DNA of 64,000 bases from Auanema rhodensis (taxonomy: Eukaryota > Animalia > Nematoda), in the NCBI GenBank assembly GCA_964057225.1, contig CAXKVF010000075.1, forward strand, positions 682,001-746,000, written 5' to 3'. Below, piece by piece: positions 13,729 to 27,600 of this stretch (position 1 is its first letter; every line of letters starts with the position of its first letter). A model generated the notes under the pieces. That model did not search any database. It was not told where the DNA came from and worked only from the letters and a program-made list of their open reading frames with translations. A program made the translations under genes and the position numbers.

Positions 13729-16700
13729 CGGTTTTCAAAATTAGATTCCCCATGTCCATATTAGTCTAAAAACAAATTTTTATTGATATTGGTGCATGGT
13801 AGGTAACCATGACTTTGAAATTTACGTGAACTTTAATTTATGCTAATTAAATGTACACTTGATGTACATTTGGTATGTAACTCGCTTCACGTGAAAGATA
13901 AAGAGATGCGATTTTCAAAATTAGAATCCCCATGTCCATATTAGTCTAAAAACAAATTTTTATTGATATTGGTTCATGGTAACCATGACTTTGAAATTTA
14001 CGTGAACTTTAATTTATGCTAATTAAATGTACACGTGATGTGCACTTGGTATGTAACTCGCTTCACGTGAAAGATAAAGAGATGCGGTTTTCAAAATTAG
14101 ATTCCCCATGTCCATATTAGTCTAAAAACAAATTTTTATTGATATTGGTGCATGGTAACCATGACTTTGAAATTTACGTGAACTTTAATTTATGCTAATT
14201 AAATGTACACGTGATGTGCACTTGGTATGTAACTCGCTTCACGTGAAAGATAAAGAGATGCGGTTTTCAAAATTAGATTCCCCATGTCCATATTAGTCTA
14301 AAAACAAATTTTTATTGATATTGGTTCATGGTAACCATGACTTTGAAATTTACGTGAACTTTAATTTATGCTAATTAAATGTACACGTGATGTGCACTTG
14401 GTATGTAACTCGCTTCACGTGAAAGATAAAGAGATGCGGTTTTCAAAATTAGATTCCCCATGTCCATATTAGTCTAAAAACAAATTTTTATTGATATTGG
14501 TTCATGGTAACCATGACTTTGAAATTTACGTGAACTTTAATTTATGCTAATTAAATGTACACGTGATGTGCACTTGGTATGTAACTCGCTTCACGTGAAA
14601 GATAAAGAGATGCGGTTTTCAAAATTAGATTCCCCATGTCCATATTAGTCTAAAAACAAATTTTTATTGATATTGGTGCATGGTAACCATGACTTTGAAA
14701 TTTACGTGAACTTTAATTTATGCTAATTAAATGTACACGTGATGTGCACTTGGTATGTAACTCGCTTCACGTGAAAGATAAAGAGATGCGGTTTTCAAAA
14801 TTAGATTCCCCATGTCCATATTAGTCTAAAAACAAATTTTTATTGATATTGGTGCATGGTAACCATGACTTTGAAATTTACGTGAACTTTAATTTATGCT
14901 AATTAAATGTACACGTGATGTGCATTTGGTATGTAACTCGCTTCACGTGAAAGATAAAGAGATGCGGTTTTCAAAATTAGATTCATCATGTCCATATTAG
15001 TCTAAAAACAAATTTTTATTGATATTGGTGCATGGTAGGTAACCATGACTTTGAAATTTACGTGAACGTTAATTTATGCTAATTAAATGTACACTTGATG
15101 TACACTTGGTATGTAACTCGCTTCACGTGAAAGATAAAGAGATGCGATTTTCAAAATTAGAATCCCCATGTCCATATTAGTCTAAAAACAAATTTTTATT
15201 GATATTGGTTCATGGTAACCATGACTTTGAAATTTACGTGAACTTTAATTTATGCTAATTAAATGTACACGTGATGTGCACTTGGTATGTAACTCGCTTC
15301 ACGTGAAAGATAAAGAGATGCGGTTTTCAAAATTAGATTCCCCATGTCCATATTAGTCTAAAAACAAATTTTTATTGATATTGGTGCATGGTAACCATGA
15401 CTTTGAAATTTACGTGAACTTTAATTTATGCTAATTAAATGTACACGTGATGTGCACTTGGTATGTAACTCGCTTCACGTGAAAGATAAAGAGATGCGGT
15501 TTTCAAAATTAGATTCCCCATGTCCATATTAGTCTAAAAACAAATTTTTATTGATATTGGTTCATGGTAACCATGACTTTGAAATTTACGTGAACTTTAA
15601 TTTATGCTAATTAAATGTACACGTGATGTGCACTTGGTATGTAACTCGCTTCACGTGAAAGATAAAGAGATGCGGTTTTCAAAATTAGATTCCCCATGTC
15701 CATATTAGTCTAAAAACAAATTTTTATTGATATTGGTTCATGGTAACCATGACTTTGAAATTTACGTGAACTTTAATTTATGCTAATTAAATGTACACGT
15801 GATGTGCACTTGGTATGTAACTCGCTTCACGTGAAAGATAAAGAGATGCGGTTTTCAAAATTAGATTCCCCATGTCCATATTAGTCTAAAAACAAATTTT
15901 TATTGATATTGGTGCATGGTAACCATGACTTTGAAATTTACGTGAACTTTAATTTATGCTAATTAAATGTACACGTGATGTGCACTTGGTATGTAACTCG
16001 CTTCACGTGAAAGATAAAGAGATGCGGTTTTCAAAATTAGATTCCCCATGTCCATATTAGTCTAAAAACAAATTTTTATTGATATTGGTGCATGGTAACC
16101 ATGACTTTGAAATTTACGTGAACTTTAATTTATGCTAATTAAATGTACACGTGATGTGCACTTGGTATGTAACTCGCTTCACGTGAAAGATAAAGAGATG
16201 CGGTTTTCAAAATTAGATTCCCCATGTCCATATTAGTCTAAAAACAAATTTTTATTGATATTGGTGCATGGTAACCATGACTTTGAAATTTACGTGAACT
16301 TTAATTTATGCTAATTAAATGTACACGTGATGTGCATTTGGTATGTAACTCGCTTCACGTGAAAGATAAAGAGATGCGGTTTTCAAAATTAGATTCCCCA
16401 TGTCCATATTAGTCTAAAAACAAATTTTTATTGATATTGGTGCATGGTAGGTAACCATGACTTTGAAATTTACGTGAACTTTAATTTATGCTAATTAAAT
16501 GTACACTTGATGTACACTTGGTATGTAACTCGCTTCACGTGAAAGATAAAGAGATGCGATTTTCAAAATTAGAATCCCCATGTCCATATTAGTCTAAAAA
16601 CAAATTTTTATTGATATTGGTTCATGGTAACCATGACTTTGAAATTTACGTGAACTTTAATTTATGCTAATTAAATGTACACTTGATGTACACTTGGTAT

Positions 16701-16908
16701 GTAACTCGCTTCACGTGAAAGATAAAGAGATGCGATTTTCAAAATTAGAATCCCCATGTCCATATTAGTCTAAAAACAAATTTTTATTGATATTGGTTCA
16801 TGGTAACCATGACTTTGAAATTTACGTGAACTTTAATTTATGCTAATTAAATGTACACGTGATGTGCACTTGGTATGTAACTCGCTTCACGTGAAAGATA
16901 AAGAGATG
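13729..16908 (+). repeat. 7/8-monomer higher-order repeat marked by 180-bp variant monomers with a GGTA duplication
   Basis: CATGGTAGGTAACCATG at 13795-13811, 15031-15047 and 16443-16459; spacings are 1236 (7x176+4) and 1412 (8x176+4). Each is linked to G127T, G134A and, in the next monomer, G3A, T18A and G66T. Confidence 0.92.
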
Positions 16909-19900
16909 CGGTTTTCAAAATTAGATTCCCCATGTCCATATTAGTCTAAAAACAAATTTTTATTGATATTGGTGCATGGTAACCATGACTTTGAAATTTA
17001 CGTGAACTTTAATTTATGCTAATTAAATGTACACGTGATGTGCACTTGGTATGTAACTCGCTTCACGTGAAAGATAAAGAGATGCGGTTTTCAAAATTAG
17101 ATTCCCCATGTCCATATTAGTCTAAAAACAAATTTTTATTGATATTGGTTCATGGTAACCATGACTTTGAAATTTACGTGAACTTTAATTTATGCTAATT
17201 AAATGTACACGTGATGTGCACTTGGTATGTAACTCGCTTCACGTGAAAGATAAAGAGATGCGGTTTTCAAAATTAGATTCCCCATGTCCATATTAGTCTA
17301 AAAACAAATTTTTATTGATATTGGTTCATGGTAACCATGACTTTGAAATTTACGTGAACTTTAATTTATGCTAATTAAATGTACACGTGATGTGCACTTG
17401 GTATGTAACTCGCTTCACGTGAAAGATAAAAAGATGCGGTTTTCAAAATTAGATTCCCCATGTCCATATTAGTCTAAAAACAAATTTTTATTGATATTGG
17501 TGCATGGTAACCATGACTTTGAAATTTACGTGAACTTTAATTTATGCTAATTAAATGTACACGTGATGTGCACTTGGTATGTAACTCGCTTCACGTGAAA
17601 GATAAAGAGATGCGGTTTTCAAAATTAGATTCCCCATGTCCATATTAGTCTAAAAACAAATTTTTATTGATATTGGTGCATGGTAACCATGACTTTGAAA
17701 TTTACGTGAACTTTAATTTATGCTAATTAAATGTACACGTGATGTGCACTTGGTATGTAACTCGCTTCACGTGAAAGATAAAGAGATGCGGTTTTCAAAA
17801 TTAGATTCCCCATGTCCATATTAGTCTAAAAACAAATTTTTATTGATATTGGTGCATGGTAACCATGACTTTGAAATTTACGTGAACTTTAATTTATGCT
17901 AATTAAATGTACACGTGATGTGCACTTGGTATGTAACTCGCTTCACGTGAAAGATGAAGAGATGCGGTTTTCAAAATTAGTTTCCCCATGTCCATATTAG
18001 TCTAAAAACAAATTTTTATTGATATTGGTGCATGGTAACCATGACTTTGAAATTTACGTGAACTTTAATTTATGCTAATTAAATGTACACGTGATGTGCA
18101 CTTGGTATGTAACTCGCTTCACGTGAAAGATAAAGAGATGCGGTTTTCAAAATAAGATTCCCCATGTCCATATTAGTCTAAAAACAAATTTTTATTGATA
18201 TTGGTTCATGGTAACCATGACTTTGAAATTTACGTGAACTTTAATTTATGCTAATTAAATGTACACGTGATGTGCACTTGGTATGTAACTCGCTTCACGT
18301 GAAAGATAAAGAGATGCGGTTTTCAAAATTAGATTCCCCATGTCCATATTAGTCTAAAAACAAATTTTTATTGATATTGGTTCATGGTAACCATGACTTT
18401 GAAATTTACGTGAACTTTAATTTATGCTAATTAAATGTACACGTGATGTGCACTTGGTATGTAACTCGCTTCACGTGAAAGATAAAGAGATGCGGTTTTC
18501 AAAATTAGATTCCCCATGTCCATATTAGTCTAAAAACAAATTTTTATTGATATTGGTGCATGGTAACCATGACTTTGAAATTTACGTGAACTTTAATTTA
18601 TGCTAATTAAATGTACACGTGATGTGCACTTGGTATGTAACTCGCTTCACGTGAAAGATAAAGAGATGCGGTTTTCAAAATTAGATTCCCCATGTCCATA
18701 TTAGTCTAAAAACAAATTTTTATTGATATTGGTTCATGGTAACCATGACTTTGAAATTTACGTGAACTTTAATTTATGCTAATTAAATGTACACGTGATG
18801 TGCACTTGGTATGTAACTCGCTTCACGTGAAAGATAAAGAGATGCGGTTTTCAAAATTAGATTCCCCATGTCCATATTAGTCTAAAAACAAATTTTTATT
18901 GATATTGGTGCATGGTAACCATGACTTTGAAATTTACGTGAACTTTAATTTATGCTAATTAAATGTACACGTGATGTGCACTTGGTATGTAACTCGCTTC
19001 ACGTGAAAGATAAAGAGATGCGGTTTTCAAAATTAGATTCCCCATGTCCATATTAGTCTAAAAACAAATTTTTATTGATATTGGTGCATGGTAACCATGA
19101 CTTTGAAATTTACGTGAACTTTAATTTATGCTAATTAAATGTACACGTAATGTGCACTTGGTATGTAACTCGCTTCACGTGAAAGATAAAGAGATGCGGT
19201 TTTCAAAATTAGATTCCCCATGTCCATATTAGTCTAAAAACAAATTTTTATTGATATTGGTGCATGGTAACCATGACTTTGAAATTTACGTGAACTTTAA
19301 TTTATGCTAATTAAATGTACGCGTGATGTGCACTTGGTATGTAACTCGCTTCACGTGAAAGATAAAGAGATGCGGTTTTCAAAATTAGATTCCCCATGTC
19401 CATATTAGTCTAAAAACAAATTTTTATTGATATTGGTTCATGGTAACCATGACTTTGAAATTTACGTGAACTTTAATTTATGCTAATTAAATGTACACGT
19501 GATGTGCACTTGGTATGTAACTCGCTTCACGTGAAAGATAAAGAGATGCGGTTTTCAAAATTAGATTCCCCATGTCCATATTAGTCTAAAAACAAATTTT
19601 TATTGATATTGGTGCATGGTAACCATGACTTTGAAATTTACGTGAACTTTAATTTATGCTAATTAAATGTACACGTGATGTGCACTTGGTATGTAACTCG
19701 CTTCACGTGAAAGATAAAGAGATGCGGTTTTCAAAATTAGATTCCCCATGTCCATATTAGTCTAAAAACAAATTTTTATTGATATTGGTTCATGGTAACC
19801 ATGACTTTGAAATTTACGTGAACTTTAATTTATGCTAATTAAATGTACACGTGATGTGCACTTGGTATGTAACTCGCTTCACGTGAAAGATAAAGAGATG

Positions 19901-20076
19901 CGGTTTTCAAAATTAGATTCCCCATGTCCATATTAGTCTAAAAACAAATTTTTATTGATATTGGTGCATGGTAACCATGACTTTGAAATTTACGTGAACT
20001 TTAATTTATGCTAATTAAATGTACACGTGATGTGCACTTGGTATGTAACTCGCTTCACGTGAAAGATAAAGAGATG

Positions 20077-23000
20077 CGGTTTTCAAAATTAGATTCCCCA
20101 TGTCCATATTAGTCTAAAAACAAATTTTTATTGATATTGCTTCATGGTAACCATGACTTTGAAATTTACGTGAACTTTAATTTATGCTAATTGAATGTAC
20201 ACGTGATGTGCACTTGGTATGTAACTCGCTTCACGTGAAAGATAAAGAGATGCGGTTTTCAAAATTAGATTCCCCATGTCCATATTAGTCTAAAAACAAA
20301 TTTTTATTGATATTGGTTCATGGTAACCATGACTTTGAAATATACGTGAACTTTAATTTATGCTAATTAAATGTACACGTGATGTGCACTTGGTATGTAA
20401 CTCGCTTCACGTGAAAGATAAAGAGATGCGGTTTTCAAAATTAGATTCCCCATGTCCATATTAGTCTAAAAACAAATTTTTATTGATATTGGTGCATGGT
20501 AACCATGACTTTGAAATATACGTGAACTTTAATTTATGCTAATTAAATGTACACGTGATGTGCACTTGGTATGTAACTCGCTTCACGTGAAAGATAAAGA
20601 GATGCGGTTTTCAAAATTAGATTCCCCATGTCCATATTAGTCTAAAAACAAATTTTTATTGATATTGGTGCATGGTAACCATGACTTTGAATTTTACGTG
20701 AACTTTAATTTATGCTAATTAAATGTACACGTGATGTGCACTTGGTATGTAACTCGCTTCACGTGAAAGATAAAGAGATGCGGTTTTCAAAATTAGATCC
20801 CCCATGTCCATATTAGTCTAAAAACAAATTTTGATTGATATTGGTGCATGGTAACCATGACTTTGAAATTTACGTGAACTTTAATTTATGCTAATTAAAT
20901 GTACACGTGATGTGCACTTGGTATGTAACTCGCTTCACGTGAAAGATAAAGAGATGCGGTTTTCAAAATTAGATTCCCCATGTCCATATTAGTCTAAAAA
21001 CAAATTTTTATTGATATTGGTGCATGGTAACCATGACTTTGAAATTTACGTGAACTTTAATTTATGCTAATTAAATGTACACGTGATGTGCACTTGGTAT
21101 GTAACTCGCTTCACGTGAAAGATAAAGAGATGCGGTTTTCAAAATTAGATTCCCCATGTCCATATTAGTCTAAAAACAAATTTTTATTGATATTGGTGCA
21201 TGGTAACCATGACTTTGAAATTTACGTGAACTTTAATTTATGCTAATTAAATGTACACGTGATGTGCACTTGGTATGTAACTCGCTTCACGTGAAAGATA
21301 AAGAGATGCGGTTTTCAAAATTAGATTCCCCATGTCCATATTAGTCTAAAAACAAATTTTTATTGATATTGCTTCATGGTAACCATGACTTTGAAATTTA
21401 CGTGAACTTTAATTTATGCTAATTGAATGTACACGTGATGTGCACTTGGTATGTAACTCGCTTCACGTGAAAGATAAAGAGATGCGGTTTTCAAAATTAG
21501 ATTCCCCATGTCCATATTAGTCTAAAAACAAATTTTTATTGATATTGGTTCATGGTAACCATGACTTTGAAATATACGTGAACTTTAATTTATGCTAATT
21601 AAATGTACACGTGATGTGCACTTGGTATGTAACTCGCTTCACGTGAAAGATAAAGAGATGCGGTTTTCAAAATTAGATTCCCCATGTCCATATTAGTCTA
21701 AAAACAAATTTTTATTGATATTGGTGCATGGTAACCATGACTTTGAAATATACGTGAACTTTAATTTATGCTAATTAAATGTACACGTGATGTGCACTTG
21801 GTATGTAACTCGCTTCACGTGAAAGATAAAGAGATTCGGTTTTCAAAATTAGATTCCCCATGTCCATATTAGTCTAAAAACAAATTTTTATTGATATTGG
21901 TGCATGGTAACCATGACTTTGAATTTTACGTGAACTTTAATTTATGCTAATTAAATGTACACGTGATGTGCACTTGGTATGTAACTCGCTTCACGTGAAA
22001 GATAAAGAGATGCGGTTTTCAAAATTAGATCCCCCATGTCCATATTAGTCTAAAAACAAATTTTGATTGATATTGGTGCATGGTAACCATGACTTTGAAA
22101 TTTACGTGAACTTTAATTTATGCTAATTAAATGTACACGTGATGTGCACTTGGTATGTAACTCGCTTCACGTGAAAGATAAAGAGATGCGGTTTTCAAAA
22201 TTAGATTCCCCATGTCCATATTAGTCTAAAAACAAATTTTTATTGATATTGGTGCATGGTAACCATGACTTTGAAATTTACGTGAACTTTAATTTATGCT
22301 AATTAAATGTACACGTGATGTGCACTTGGTATGTAACTCGCTTCACGTGAAAGATAAAGAGATGCGGTTTTCAAAATTAGATTCCCCATGTCCATATTAG
22401 TCTAAAAACAAATTTTTATTGATATTGGTGCATGGTAACCATGACTTTGAATTTTACGTGAACTTTAATTTATGCTAATTAAATGTACACGTGATGTGCA
22501 CTTGGTATGTAACTCGCTTCACGTGAAAGATAAAGAGATGCGGTTTTCAAAATTAGATCCCCCATGTCCATATTAGTCTAAAAACAAATTTTGATTGATA
22601 TTGGTGCATGGTAACCATGACTTTGAAATTTACGTGAACTTTAATTTATGCTAATTAAATGTACACGTGATGTGCACTTGGTATGTAACTCGCTTCACGT
22701 GAAAGATAAAGAGATGCGGTTTTCAAAATTAGATTCCCCATGTCCATATTAGTCTAAAAACAAATTTTTATTGATATTGGTGCATGGTAACCATGACTTT
22801 GAAATTTACGTGAACTTTAATTTATGCTAATTAAATGTACACGTGATGTGCACTTGGTATGTAACTCGCTTCACGTGAAAGATAAAGAGATGCGGTTTTC
22901 AAAATTAGATTCCCCATGTCCATATTAGTCTAAAAACAAATTTTTATTGATATTGGTTCATGGTAACCATGACTTTGAAATTTACGTGAACTTTAATTTA

Positions 23001-24476
23001 TGCTAATTAAATGTACACGTGATGTGCACTTGGTATGTAACTCGCTTCACGTGAAAGATAAAGAGATGCGGTTTTCAAAATTAGATTCCCCATGTCCATA
23101 TTAGTCTAAAAACAAATTTTTATTGATATTGGTGCATGGTAACCATGACTTTGAAATTTACGTGAACTTTAATTTATGCTAATTAAATGTACACGTGATG
23201 TGCACTTGGTATGTAACTCGCTTCACGTGAAAGATAAAGAGATGCGGTTTTCAAAATTAGATTCCCCATGTCCATATTAGTCTAAAAACAAATTTTTATT
23301 GATATTGCTTCATGGTAACCATGACTTTGAAATTTACGTGAACTTTAATTTATGCTAATTGAATGTACACGTGATGTGCACTTGGTATGTAACTCGCTTC
23401 ACGTGAAAGATAAAGAGATGCGGTTTTCAAAATTAGATTCCCCATGTCCATATTAGTCTAAAAACAAATTTTTATTGATATTGGTTCATGGTAACCATGA
23501 CTTTGAAATATACGTGAACTTTAATTTATGCTAATTAAATGTACACGTGATGTGCACTTGGTATGTAACTCGCTTCACGTGAAAGATAAAGAGATGCGGT
23601 TTTCAAAATTAGATTCCCCATGTCCATATTAGTCTAAAAACAAATTTTTATTGATATTGGTGCATGGTAACCATGACTTTGAAATATACGTGAACTTTAA
23701 TTTATGCTAATTAAATGTACACGTGATGTGCACTTGGTATGTAACTCGCTTCACGTGAAAGATAAAGAGATGCGGTTTTCAAAATTAGATTCCCCATGTC
23801 CATATTAGTCTAAAAACAAATTTTTATTGATATTGGTGCATGGTAACCATGACTTTGAATTTTACGTGAACTTTAATTTATGCTAATTAAATGTACACGT
23901 GATGTGCACTTGGTATGTAACTCGCTTCACGTGAAAGATAAAGAGATGCGGTTTTCAAAATTAGATCCCCCATGTCCATATTAGTCTAAAAACAAATTTT
24001 GATTGATATTGGTGCATGGTAACCATGACTTTGAAATTTACGTGAACTTTAATTTATGCTAATTAAATGTACACGTGATGTGCACTTGGTATGTAACTCG
24101 CTTCACGTGAAAGATAAAGAGATGCGGTTTTCAAAATTAGATTCCCCATGTCCATATTAGTCTAAAAACAAATTTTTATTGATATTGGTGCATGGTAACC
24201 ATGACTTTGAAATTTACGTGAACTTTAATTTATGCTAATTAAATGTACACGTGATGTGCACTTGGTATGTAACTCGCTTCACGTGAAAGATAAAGAGATG
24301 CGGTTTTCAAAATTAGATTCCCCATGTCCATATTAGTCTAAAAACAAATTTTTATTGATATTGGTGCATGGTAACCATGACTTTGAATTTTACGTGAACT
24401 TTAATTTATGCTAATTAAATGTACACGTGATGTGCACTTGGTATGTAACTCGCTTCACGTGAAAGATAAAGAGATG
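20077..24476 (+). repeat. Founding cassette of the central domain: 5-monomer variant series repeated at 7- and 11-monomer spacing
   Basis: The ordered series [G64C+G66T+A117G][G66T+T90A][T90A][A88T][T19C+T53G] starts at 20077, 21309 and 23245. It recurs complete at 35565 and 49116. Confidence 0.85.
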
Positions 24477-24652
24477 CGGTTTTCAAAATTAGATCCCCCA
24501 TGTCCATATTAGTCTAAAAACAAATTTTGATTGATATTGGTGCATGGTAACCATGACTTTGAAATTTACGTGAACTTTAATTTATGCTAATTAAATGTAC
24601 ACGTGATGTGCACTTGGTATGTAACTCGCTTCACGTGAAAGATAAAGAGATG

Positions 24653-27600
24653 CGGTTTTCAAAATTAGATCCCCCATGTCCATATTAGTCTAAAAACAAA
24701 TTTTGATTGATATTGGTTCATGGTAACCATGACTTTGAAATTTACGTGAACTTTAATTTATGCTAATTAAATGTACACGTGATGTGCACTTGGTATGTAA
24801 CTCGCTTCACGTGAAAGATAAAGAGATGCGGTTTTCAAAATTAGATCCCCCATGTCCATATTAGTCTAAAAACAAATTTTGATTGATATTGGTTCATGGT
24901 AACCATGACTTTGAAATTTACGTGAACTTTAATTTATGCTAATTAAATGTACACGTGATGTGCACTTGGTATGTAACTCGCTTCACGTGAAAGATAAAGA
25001 GATGCGGTTTTCAAAATTAGATCCCCCATGTCCATATTAGTCTAAAAACAAATTTTGATTGATATTGGTGCATGGTAACCATGACTTTGAAATTTACGTG
25101 AACTTTAATTTATGCTAATTAAATGTACACGTGATGTGCACTTGGTATGTAACTCGCTTCACGTGAAAGATAAAGAGATGCGGTTTTCAAAATTAGATCC
25201 CCCATGTCCATATTAGTCTAAAAACAAATTTTGATTGATATTGGTTCATGGTAACCATGACTTTGAAATTTACGTGAACTTTAATTTATGCTAATTAAAT
25301 GTACACGTGATGTGCACTTGGTATGTAACTCGCTTCACGTGAAAGATAAAGAGATGCGGTTTTCAAAATTAGATCCCCCATGTCCATATTAGTCTAAAAA
25401 CAAATTTTTATTGATATTGCTTCATGGTAACCATGACTTTGAAATTTACGTGAACTTTAATTTATGCTAATTAAATGTACACGTGATGTGCACTTGGTAT
25501 GTAACTCGCTTCACGTGAAAGATAAAGAGATGCGGTTTTCAAAATTAGATTCCCCATGTCCATATTAGTCTAAAAACAAATTTTTATTGATATTGGTTCA
25601 TGGTAACCATGACTTTGAAATTTACGTGAACTTTAATTTATGCTAATTAAATGTACACGTGATGTGCACTTGGTATGTAACTCGCTTCACGTGAAAGATA
25701 AAGAGATGCGGTTTTCAAAAATAGATTCCCCATGTCCATATCAGTCTAAAAACAAATTTTTATTGATATTGGTTCATGGTAACCATGACTTTGAAATTTA
25801 CGTGAACTTTAATTTATGCTAATTAAATGTACACGTGATGTGCACTTGGTATGTAACTCGCTTCACGTGAAAGATAAAGAGATGCGGTTTTCAAAATTAG
25901 ATTCCCCATGTCCATATTAGTCTAAAAACAAATTTTTATTGATATTGGTGCATGGTAACCATGACTTTGAATTTTACGTGAACTTTAATTTATGCTAATT
26001 AAATGTACACGTGATGTGCACTTGGTATGTAACTCGCTTCACGTGAAAGATAAAGAGATGCGGTTTTCAAAATTAGATCCCCCATGTCCATATTAGTCTA
26101 AAAACAAATTTTGATTGATATTGGTTCATGGTAACCATGACTTTGAAATATACGTGAACTTTAATTTATGCTAATTAAATGTACACGTGATGTGCACTTG
26201 GTATGTAACTCGCTTCACGTGAAAGATAAAGAGATGCGGTTTTCAAAATTAGATTCCCCATGTCCATATTAGTCTAAAAACAAATTTTTATTGATATTGG
26301 TGCATGGTAACCATGACTTTGAAATATACGTGAACTTTAATTTATGCTAATTAAATGTACACGTGATGTGCACTTGGTATGTAACTCGCTTCACGTGAAA
26401 GATAAAGAGATGCGGTTTTCAAAATTAGATTCCCCATGTCCATATTAGTCTAAAAACAAATTTTTATTGATATTGGTGCATGGTAACCATGACTTTGAAT
26501 TTTACGTGAACTTTAATTTATGCTAATTAAATGTACACGTGATGTGCACTTGGTATGTAACTCGCTTCACGTGAAAGATAAAGAGATGCGGTTTTCAAAA
26601 TTAGATCCCCCATGTCCATATTAGTCTAAAAACAAATTTTGATTGATATTGGTGCATGGTAACCATGACTTTGAAATTTACGTGAACTTTAATTTATGCT
26701 AATTAAATGTACACGTGATGTGCACTTGGTATGTAACTCGCTTCACGTGAAAGATAAAGAGATGCGGTTTTCAAAATTAGATTCCCCATGTCCATATTAG
26801 TCTAAAAACAAATTTTTATTGATATTGGTGCATGGTAACCATGACTTTGAAATTTACGTGAACTTTAATTTATGCTAATTAAATGTACACGTGATGTGCA
26901 CTTGGTATGTAACTCGCTTCACGTGAAAGATAAAGAGATGCGGTTTTCAAAATTAGATTCCCCATGTCCATATTAGTCTAAAAACAAATTTTTATTGATA
27001 TTGGTGCATGGTAACCATGACTTTGAATTTTACGTGAACTTTAATTTATGCTAATTAAATGTACACGTGATGTGCACTTGGTATGTAACTCGCTTCACGT
27101 GAAAGATAAAGAGATGCGGTTTTCAAAATTAGATCCCCCATGTCCATATTAGTCTAAAAACAAATTTTGATTGATATTGGTGCATGGTAACCATGACTTT
27201 GAAATTTACGTGAACTTTAATTTATGCTAATTAAATGTACACGTGATGTGCACTTGGTATGTAACTCGCTTCACGTGAAAGATAAAGAGATGCGGTTTTC
27301 AAAATTAGATTCCCCATGTCCATATTAGTCTAAAAACAAATTTTTATTGATATTGGTTCATGGTAACCATGACTTTGAAATTTACGTGAACTTTAATTTA
27401 TGCTAATTAAATGTACACGTGATGTGCACTTGGTATGTAACTCGCTTCACGTGAAAGATAAAGAGATGCGGTTTTCAAAATTAGATTCCCCATGTCCATA
27501 TTAGTCTAAAAACAAATTTTTATTGATATTGGTGCATGGTAACCATGACTTTGAATTTTACGTGAACTTTAATTTATGCTAATTAAATGTACACGTGATG

